DNA of 64,000 bases from Octopus sinensis (lineage: Eukaryota), in contig NC_042997.1 of NCBI RefSeq assembly GCF_006345805.1, positions 86,800,001 through 86,864,000 of the forward strand, read 5' to 3'. Of this stretch, positions 54,400-64,000 are shown piece after piece. How positions within the stretch are numbered: the stretch's first letter is position 1; the number at the start of each line of letters is the position of its first letter. The position numbers and the translations under genes are program-made. The notes under the pieces were generated by a model. That model was not told the DNA's origin. It did not search any database and saw nothing but the letters and a program-made list of their open reading frames with translations.

Positions 54400-54774
54400 T
54401 CTCTCTATATATAAACGGCAGTTTGTCTGTCTGTGTGTCTGTCAGGTTGTACCCTCACCCTGACCATGGCTTTCAACCGATTCTGATGAAACTTGACACA
54501 CACATAGCCCAATGTCATAATTCAAAACTAACGCAGCGAAAATTTTGAAAAGTTCCCCCATTTCTGAAAAAAATCGATAAATTCGACATGGGGTCGAGAA
54601 TCAGAAACACAAACCACAGACTGTCTAGGGGACGCAACTCGACCTTTTTAACTCTCAAAAAAAAGTTTACCAAAATTTTTTTCCATTTTTTTCTATTTTT
54701 TGGCTATAACTCTCTAAAAATGCTTTATAGTTATTTCCCTTACAAACCCGAGCAACGCCGGGCGATACTGCTAG
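54400..54774 (+). mobile_element. Non-autonomous Helitron (375 bp)
   Basis: Inserted at A|T; TC start; 3' hairpin CCCGAGCAACGCCGGG followed by CTAG. Confidence 0.9.
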
Positions 54775-55719
54775 TGTAGACATAAATACAAGTTCAGTTT
54801 ACGTTTGATCCGTTTCACTTTGATTGTTCCAGTTCTGTTCAATAGTTTATGGAGTCGGTGGGTTTAATAATACAGAATTTAAACACACACACATACACAC
54901 ACTCACTCTCACACACATACACACACTCACTCTCACACACATACACACACATGTAAACTTGCATACATACATACATACATACATACATACATACACACAT
55001 ACATACATACATACATACATACATACATACATACATACATACATACATAAAGAAAGAATATTACAATGATCTTTCACTGAAGATTTAGACTTTGAATCTG
55101 CGAGTGCTAATAATGTTGCTGGTCTACAGTAGTCTTTTACGGCCGCTAATCGTTGTTTATGGTACACTGACTGCTTCTTTCGGCACATCGCACTTTCGTA
55201 CTTAGTGATATCGTCAAACAGGCTTTGGACGCAGCCAGATTCGGTGGAGTTAAATAGCGGGAAGTACAAAAAAAAAAAAAAAAAAAAAATCCTCGCCAGT
55301 ATTGCAATCTTTCTGGGAAGCAGCTTGTAGTGAGATTTTCTCCAGTGGGCAACTGGTGAAATCGGTATCAGATTTAGGCTTCGTCGTCCCACAGGAGAAA
55401 ATTTCGAACCTATAGTGGTGCGAACAGTAGACGTTTTGGGTCCCTGAAACACATCCCTAATCGCCTTGATCAGGATTAGGGTAACTATCTGCAGGAATGA
55501 ATCCCACAAGGTAGACCAGCTCTTCTAGAATGTTTCTCTCGCTATTTTTCGGAGTAACATATACGCCATTTTGTTTCCTCGAACTGCGAAAGATTTGCAT
55601 GGCTGGCTGTAATAGATTTGTCAAAAAAAAACAATCCTTCATTTATGCATAAAAATACAAATAAAGACAATTGCAAAATGTAAAATTTCCATGGTTCTTG
55701 TTAATTATTATTATAGTAA

Positions 55720-56330
55720 AGGCGAGCTGGCAGAATCGTTAGTACAACAAGCTTAATGCTTAGCAGCATTTCGTCCGTTTTTACGTTCTGAGTTCAATTT
55801 TCGCCAGGGTCAACTTTGCTTTTCATCCTTTCGGGGTCAGTATAATAAGTAGCAGTTGATCACTGGGGTCGATGTAATGGACTTAATCCTCGTCCCCGAA
55901 GTTGCTGGCCTTGTGTCAAAATTTGAAACCATTATTGTAAAGGCAACAAGCTAGCAGAATCGTTAGCATGCCGGACAAACTGCTTAGTGGCATTGCTTCC
56001 AGCTTTACGTTCTGAGTGCAAAATCCGCCGATGTTGACTTGGCCTTTCATCCTTTCGGAGTCGATGAAATACGTACCATGTCAGCCCTGGGGTCGATGTA
56101 ATTGACTATCCCCATCTTCGAAACTTTCAGGCATTGTAACTATACCTGAATGGATTATAATTATTGTTGTTGCTGTATATGTTCTGAGTAAATCTCGCTG
56201 AGGCCAACTTTGCCTTTCGTCATTTCGAGGTCGATAAAATAATATGTCAGGTAAAATACTGGGATCGATGTAATCGACTTGCCTTCTTTCTTCAAAACTG
56301 CCGGCCTAGTGCCAAAACTGTGAAGCTATT
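55720..56330 (+). repeat. Head-to-tail array of three family A SINEs
   Basis: Units at ~55720, ~55940 and ~56180 (third lacks its head). Confidence 0.8.
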
Positions 56331-56389
56331 TTATTATTATTGTATTAAAAGTCTCTGTAATGTTGTGCGGTAAAATAAAGTATTATGAT

Positions 56390-56398
56390 TAAAGGTCA

Positions 56399-56486
<88 letters not shown>

Positions 56487-56561
56487 TACTACTACTACTA
56501 CTACTATTATTATTATTATTATTTTTATTATTATTATTATTACTACTACTACAACTACTAC

Positions 56562-56596
<35 letters not shown>

Positions 56597-57320
56597 CTGT
56601 TGTTTTTGTTGTTGTTCAAGTAATTATTTTTGTTATTATTGTTACTGTCGCCGCAATTATCGATGCTAGTCCAACTGGACGCAGAAACCGTTGAGGACGC
56701 TGACGTATACCGCCAAAATCATGAATTTGTAATTCCACAACAATACAATTTGGTTTCTTTGTTGTTGTTGCTACTGATGTCGTCGTAGTGGTCGTTTGTA
56801 ATTGTTGTTGTTGTTGTTGTTGTAGGTGGAGGTGAATCGTATACTTTTTGTTACTGTTGTCATTTTCTTTTTGTTATTACTGCTGCTGTTGTTGCCATTC
56901 TTCTCTTGATGATGAAGATGACATTGTGTTGATAGAGGTGGCGGTGGTGGTGACGACGATAATGATGACTATGATGATGATGATGATGATGATGATGGTG
57001 ACGATGATGATGATGGTGACGATGATGTCTAAGACAACGAGGATGATGATGATGATGATGGAGATGAAGTTGAATATGATGATAATGATGATGATATGGT
57101 TATGATGCTCATGGCAAGGTGGTGTTGGTGGTGGGGTGGGCAGGGTGGGGCAATGATGAAATAATGATGGTCGTGGTGGTTCTAACAACAGTTAAGAGAA
57201 GGGGGTGAGGGATATGGGGTGTGGGTGCTGCTGGTTTTGTTTGGTGTTGTGGGTTGATGACTAGTGGCGGCGGTGGTAGTGGTGGTGATGGTGGTAGTGA
57301 TGGTGATGGGATGGAGAAAT
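56390..57320. repeat. Compound (ATT)n/(ACT)n/(GTT)n/(GAT)n/(GGT)n low-complexity region
   Basis: Direct reading. Confidence 0.9.
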
Positions 57321-57441
57321 GTGTAACAGCATCAGCCTCCTCTGCTTCTCTTTCTCCCTCATGCATCTCCATCACCTGCTTCTTTATTATTCCGACATCC
57401 ACACCCGATATTCGCACACACAAGCCTGCGCGCACGCGCAC

Positions 57442-57474
<33 letters not shown>

Positions 57475-57656
57475 ATAATCAATAACACATATTCATTTGT
57501 ATACATACGCTCCCATAATATTCAGGAACCTATATACATACCCGCAAATACATAGCAATACACACCTGCACACATTCGAAGACTTATATTAATACAAGAT
57601 TAAAAATATACGCTCGTATGCATATACGCACATACAATGTTCAATAACGTATGCAT

Positions 57657-58035
57657 GGCGTGGCTGTGTGGTAAGAAGCTTGTTTCCCAACCTCATGGAT
57701 CCGGGTTCAATCCCGCTGCGTAGCACCTTGTGCATGTATCTTCTGCCATAGCCTCGGGCCGACCAAGCCTTGTGAGTGGATTTGGTAGACGGAAACTGAA
57801 AGAAACCCATAGTGTGTGTGTATACCATGTGTGTGTGGCCTTTGTGTCTGTGTTAGCCCTCTCTCCCAGCGCTTGACAACCGATGTTGGTGTGTTTTTAC
57901 TTCCAGAAGTTAGCGGTTCGATAAAAGGGTCCGATAGAATAAGTACTAGGCTTACAAAGAATAAGTCCCGGGGTCGATTTCTTCGACTAAAGGCGCTGCG
58001 CCAGCATGGTTGCAATCAAATGACTGAAACATGTA
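57657..58035 (+). mobile_element. Near-complete CORE-like tRNA SINE (family B)
   Basis: ggcgtggctgtgtggtaag head, gggttcaatccc B-box, family tail. Confidence 0.85.
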
Positions 58036-58271
58036 AATATATATATATATAATTAATAATAAATATTAGGGAATAAATCCAAACTTACAGGGAAAAATCA
58101 GATTTAGGATTGAATCCAATTTTATAGTAAAATATTATATTATATTAAATTAGAGACAAAACCACTATTAGGCAAATCATACAATGAAAAATTTAAGCCA
58201 ATACATAAGATTATTTAATTTATATTATTTAAATATATAACAAAATTATTAAAAAAATATAATTAATATAT

Positions 58272-58335
58272 CACTACGATCGTTTCATGGCTGTTAATTT
58301 CTTTAAATTTTCGAGTTACAGTCATTCATCAGGTG
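58272..58335 (-). ncRNA. Minimal type-I hammerhead ribozyme candidate with intact core
   Basis: Minus strand CAC CUGAUGA AUGACUGU-(23 nt)-ACAGCCAU GAAA CGAUCG UA GUG. Confidence 0.65.
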
Positions 58336-58789
58336 GTTTAAATATTTATCTTGGCGAGGTTTAAACAATGAATAATGTGTAATGCATAATATGGTATATA
58401 TATATATATATCTTGTATCTTTTACATGTTTTAACAATTAGACTGCGAACATGCAAGGGCACCTCCTGGAACAAATTTTACTCGAGAGAATTGACCCTAG
58501 TACTTTTTTTTAAACCCGAACAGCTAATTTACGAAATCGTAAACGCATGAACACTAATTGTCAAGTGATGGGGGACAAACGCACGCACACACACACACAC
58601 ACATGACTACTGTCCAGCGAAAGGAAACTTGAAACTCAGATTAACAGTCTTTTGTGATGTTTTTGCAGCTTTAATAAAAAAAGCACATTACTCTACCTTT
58701 GGTATTCTAGTACTATTTTTTCCACCTTATTCCACGTGGAATAAGTACAGTGCTATTGGACGGTCAGGAAAGGAAAGAAAAGAAAGAGG

Positions 58790-58824
58790 ATCTCATGTTT
58801 CGAGCGGAGCTCTTCGTCAGAAAT
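58790..58824 (-). ncRNA. Hammerhead-like motif with intact CUGACGA/GAAA but decayed cleavage site
   Basis: AUUU CUGACGA A GAGC-UCC-GCUC GAAA CAUG AGAU; sister copy at ~40731-40765 keeps GAAACGUU but has lost CUGA. Confidence 0.6.
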
Positions 58825-58914
58825 ATAGAAAAAGTCCAAAGAAGGGAAGACGGAGAAAGAAAATCGCCAACGATACACACGCGGTCACACACACGCACGC
58901 ACACACACACATAC

Positions 58915-58966
<52 letters not shown>

Positions 58967-59454
58967 ACACACAAACGTATGTAACACACTGCCTAAATAT
59001 CAATCATGTGAAATTACGCTTCTCAAAACCAGAAAGGAGAAAGCTGAATCGAAGACTACAGATCCAATCCATCACTTGAATTGTAAAAATCTGTAAAACT
59101 TTCCAAAATTTTATAATTTAAGTATATATGACCATGTCTAGATATGCAACTATATGCATGAAAATACATACATAAAGCAAAATATACAAATCTGCACGTA
59201 TACATACATACAACATACATACATACATACTACATACATACATACATACATACATACAAAAATACCATGTTGATATTGAAATTCCAATGAGACCGGCTTT
59301 TTCACCATTGGCAAGAAATCTTGAAATAAAATTAAATAATGAGATACATACATACATACATACATACATACACATTTCAAGCAGCCACGTCCACACTCAC
59401 GCACACATAGACTTAATATTCAAAAGCCCATACTTACACACGCACGCACGCACG

Positions 59455-59521
<67 letters not shown>

Positions 59522-60087
59522 TACACACACACACATCGCCCACTTTTCCTCACCTATTCTGTTTCCATTTCGCTTGATTTTTATGTCGTGGTATGAGATT
59601 GTCGTTATTCTATTTAATATATAGAGGAGACCACTTATATTAACGGTTAGTACTAATAATTTTGAGTCCCGAACTAATGTAGAATATTGTTATATCCTCT
59701 GCTTAATATTATTAACCACTTATTATTGATAACATTGAAAAAAAGAATGAAGTGATCACAATAAACAGCTTCAACTGCGAGAGCAGGGCAGCACTCAAGA
59801 CCGTTTATTTGTTTGAGGTCTACCCAGGTTTGGTAGGAGGAAGGAAGGCCAGTATCCTCAACCCAGACTTGGCCTAAATACGTGCAAACAGAGAGTAGTA
59901 AATATTCTTCCAAATTTTGGCCCCGGGTCAGTAAATTTAGGGTGAAGGGCATAGTCGATTATTGACCCTGAAAAATGACAGAAAGATCTCAGAGGGTTTG
60001 AGCTCGATGCACAATCTATTGTCTGCTCACCGCCTTAAAGACAGTTGTTATAATGGTTTCAAATTTTGGCACAAGGCCAGTAATTTC

Positions 60088-60163
<76 letters not shown>

Positions 60164-60839
60164 AAATCAATTACATCGATTCCATTGTTCAACTAGTACT
60201 TTCCTTATCGATCCCAAAAAGGATGAAAGGCAAAGTCGACCTTGGCGGAATTTGAACTCAGAACGTAAAGACGGACGAAATGTCATTAAGCAATTTGCAC
60301 GGCGTGTTAACGAATCTGTCTGTCCGCTGCCCTAAAGACTGTAGTAATAATGTCTCTTAGGAAATCAGTCCTTATTATGAGGGGTTGGTGGACTGGCCGA
60401 TGTATTAGAGCGTCAAATTACCTTCCATTATTTTGTTATATTATGAGTTCAAATCCGGCCACTGTCGATTTTTGCATTCTATGCTTCAGGAGTCATTGAC
60501 TTAAAAATTAGTGGGTGTATAGTGTTGTACCTATGTTACATGTTATCTTATCTTACCTATACTATTACTTTGCTTATCACGAAATGTGTTCGAATATTTC
60601 GCTTTACCTGAAGCTAGACAAGGGAACGAAATCGGCGACAAAATCGAAACATTCTGACATAATGGTTTCAAATTTTGGTGCAAAGCCAGCAATTTCGGGA
60701 GAGGGTGGTTAGTCGATTACATTAACCCAAGTGCTCAACTGGCACTTATTTTATCGACTTCCAAATGATGAAAGGCAAAGTCGACCTCGTCGGAATTTGA
60801 TCTCGGAACGTGAAGTTGGACGAAATGCTGCTGTGTGAT

Positions 60840-61330
60840 TAAGAAGCTCGCTTTGCACATAGGTAGTTTAGGGTTCAGTCCCACTTCATAGTAGCTTGAG
60901 TAAATGGTTTCTACTATAGTCCCAGTCGATCAATGTCTCGTGAGTGAATTTGGATGCCAGAAATTGTGTATGGTCTTTCGTATGTACATACATAATACAC
61001 ACACACACACACACACACTCACACACACACACACAAGCATAATATATATATATAATAATATATATATATATATATATAGAGATATATGTGTGTGTCTGAG
61101 TGTGTGGTGTGGTGTTGTGTGCGTTTGTGTCTGTGTTTATTCTTCCCCTCGCCACTGCTTCACAAACGGTGTTAGTTATGTCCCCATAACATTTGCGGTT
61201 CTGGAAGGGAGACCGATTGATTAAGTACTGGACTTAAAATAATTTAAGTTCTGAGGTGATTTCTTCAACCAAACCCTTCAATGCGGTTTCCCAGCATGGC
61301 CGCAGTCTAATGAATGAAACAAGTAAAAGA
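60840..61330 (+). mobile_element. Degenerate family B SINE with internal microsatellite
   Basis: gggttcagtccc B-box; ccagcatggccgcagtc...gaaacaagtaaaagataaaa tail. Confidence 0.7.
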
Positions 61331-62999
61331 TAAAATATACTAAAACAATGTTATGAAAATCTTATGCATCAAAATAGAAATAAATACATTTACAAAATCT
61401 GATACTGCTCACTCCCCAAAACAAGGTAATGGCTGCCAACAACGTTTCTTCGCTGAACTCAACTAAATCCTTATGAATTGCATTTTCCTTGTCATTAACT
61501 CTTTGCTTGTTTAAAGCATTATTATAAGTTAGTCTTAAACGTCTGTGCTTGTTTTCAAACTTCATTTTTATCCCGTATTTCATTCATTCTGAGTAATACA
61601 AATATTACCTTTCATGAGTCCCAAGTTACTCTGTGAATGCGTATCATATATGATGCAGGAACGCCAGTGAAATATGCCCTGTGTATCACGTGATACACAG
61701 GACAGGCAAAGGGTTAAGATATTGGATCTATAGAAGTTTAAATCAAACATCAACATAATATCAAACATCAACATAATATCCTTACTCTACATGCCTGTCT
61801 GTCGCCCGCCTCTCTTTCGACTAATATTGTCTCTGTCTGGTTCTGGCCAACACTGCAGAAGAAGCGGTAAGCCCCCGGGAAAAACCAAGCACGCCATGCG
61901 GTTTGAATGTTTAGCTCAATCTAATTTTTCTTATCTCTCTCGTGTCACCTAACCCTAACCTTAACACCTGTGTCAAACATGCATGTTTTAATCCCCCAGT
62001 CGCTTAATGCAACCGTATAAACGCTTTGTCTAATCAAAAGGTAAGCTATATATAGTTACACGAAATATACGCATATACATACATACGTACACAAGTGCAT
62101 ACATATACCTACATACATTTGTACGCACATACATAGGTATATATATATATATAATATATATATATATATTATATATATATATATATAGATATATATATAT
62201 AGAATATTTATATATATCTGTACATACATATATGTGTATATAATATATATATATATATTATATATATATATTATATATTATATATATAATATATATATAT
62301 AGATATATGTATGCATATATAAATATACATACTATATTTATATGTATATAATATACATATATATTACACACACGTATATAATATAATGTGTGGGTTGTGT
62401 GTGCGTGCGTGCGTGCGTGCGTGGGGTTATATTCGTAGATCAGGCAGTGTTTCATAAAGATATAGAAAAAACAAAAAAAGAAGACTGAAATCTATAAGGC
62501 CTTCGGGCGAAAAGAATAAAAAAAGGTTATTGGGGCCAGCAGATTCAGACGACGAAAACTGTGCAAAACACAAACGCAGAGAGGAAGGGAGTCAGGCGCA
62601 TGGTTTATAAGAAGACGGGGTACAGAAGAAAAGGGTTGCAAGTATACAATGAAAGAAACAACCAAAAGAAAAAAAAATGATTTAAAAAGAAAATTTTAAA
62701 GAAAGATAAAAAATGGGAGAAAGAAAAAACAATTTGGATTAGTTGCTTCTGAGTATATGTGGCCGAGGCGTCGGTAGATGGCGTGCCACGTGCCACGTGC
62801 CAAATGATGTCATATCATGTTTGAATTACTGCTTAGATGCGCCATTAGTTAAGTTACGGCAGCCAGATTAAGGAGAAGAGAAAAAGAAGAAAGAAGGTCA
62901 GAAGGAATGAATGAAGGAAGGAAAGGAGAAAGGAAGGAAGGAAAATGAATTAGTGGAGTAAATGCGTGTATGTGTATATGCATATATATTGATATACAC

Positions 63000-63090
<91 letters not shown>

Positions 63091-63190
63091 CATCTATCTA
63101 TCCATCTATCTATCTATCAATGTAGATACTTACAGACACACACACACATGCATATACACACGGACACACACACATATATAAACTTACACG

Positions 63191-63224
<34 letters not shown>

Positions 63225-63822
63225 CATATACATACATACATATATATATACATATATGTATATGTACATGTAGAGGTAGGTACACACATATATATATATA
63301 TACATATACATACATACATATATATATACATATATGTATATGTACATGTAGAGGTAGGTACGTACATATATGTTTATATATATGCATATGTTTTATTTCA
63401 TTTATTAATATATATATATATATGTACATAAGCACACGCGCATATATATCTACATACATACACACACACATATGTATCTATATATACATACATATTCACG
63501 CACTTTATATACATATATGGTATGGTAGTAAGCATGGTACAAATAACAAGAGGCATAGTAGATTGGGTGTAGCGATAACAACAACAGCAGTGACTAGAAA
63601 GGGGGCATGGTAAGGTGATTGTGATAACTATAGGTACAGGTAGTTACAATACGGTTTTCAATAGGGCTCACACACCTGCAGCTTATTCACAGCCTTTAAG
63701 TACTTTGGATAGAGCTTTTCACCTGTTCAGGCTGGCATCTTTTTCTTTTTATGCTGCTAATCATATTTTTCAACAGACACACACACACACACACACACAC
63801 ACACCACACACACACACACACA

Positions 63823-63895
63823 GCAGACGGTGGCACATACACACGCAGACGGTGGCACATACACACGCAGACGGTGGCACATACACACGCAGACG
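63823..63895. repeat. 22 bp minisatellite, three full units plus a partial unit
   Basis: (gcagacggtggcacatacacac)x3 + gcagacg. Confidence 0.9.
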
Positions 63896-64000
63896 TGCGC
63901 GTACACGCACACACGGAGACGTAGGCATGTGCGCACGCACGCGCATACGCACACACGTAGGCATGCACAAACGCTCACACAGAGAGAGAAGTGCAGGCAT

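Noticed and set aside
54847-55509. 220-aa minus-strand ORF
   Set aside because: It spans an A-run and a (CATA)n tract; the unique part matches no family I recognise, and I found no TSD to support a retrocopy.
61948-61966. cctaaccctaaccttaac telomere-like repeat
   Set aside because: About three imperfect units; too short to call an interstitial telomere.
63823-63895. Regular 22 bp repeat as a possible CRISPR-like array
   Set aside because: Contiguous tandem units with no spacers, in a eukaryotic context.
10387-63999. Dozens of ORF-track proteins such as YIYIYI, THTHTH, CVCVCV, MYVCMYV, RERERE
   Set aside because: They are translations of microsatellites, with no splice or homology support.

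Overview
AT-rich eukaryotic genomic DNA, very dense in microsatellites ((CA)n, (TA)n, (CATA)n, (GA)n). The repeat content points to a coleoid cephalopod, probably Octopus (inference). The only host gene I can support is the 3' part of a GMP reductase (GMPR) on the + strand: five GT-AG exons at 3552-3635, 5363-5536, 7777-7965, 11038-11240 and 13696-13894, giving 282 aa plus stop. The N-terminal exons lie upstream of the window. The remaining ~50 kb is a transposon graveyard: RTE LINE pieces, two D,D34D mariner copies, a DD37D maT element, a BED-finger hAT relic, Helitrons (one RepHel relic, three non-autonomous copies), MITEs, several tRNA-derived SINE families and Penelope-like elements (PLEs) with GIY-YIG relics and inverted pseudo-LTRs. 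Structure the ORF track does not show: (1) at least nine minimal type-I hammerhead-ribozyme-shaped motifs from several PLE-like families, one with an intact catalytic core and one family sharing an A6U core variant; (2) a ~500 bp head-to-head palindrome of a tRNA-headed, hammerhead-tailed SINE ending just upstream of a GMPR branch point; (3) an apparent CpG-decay footprint over the GMPR region. Most long ORFs in the track are microsatellite artefacts. All alignments and folds were done by eye.
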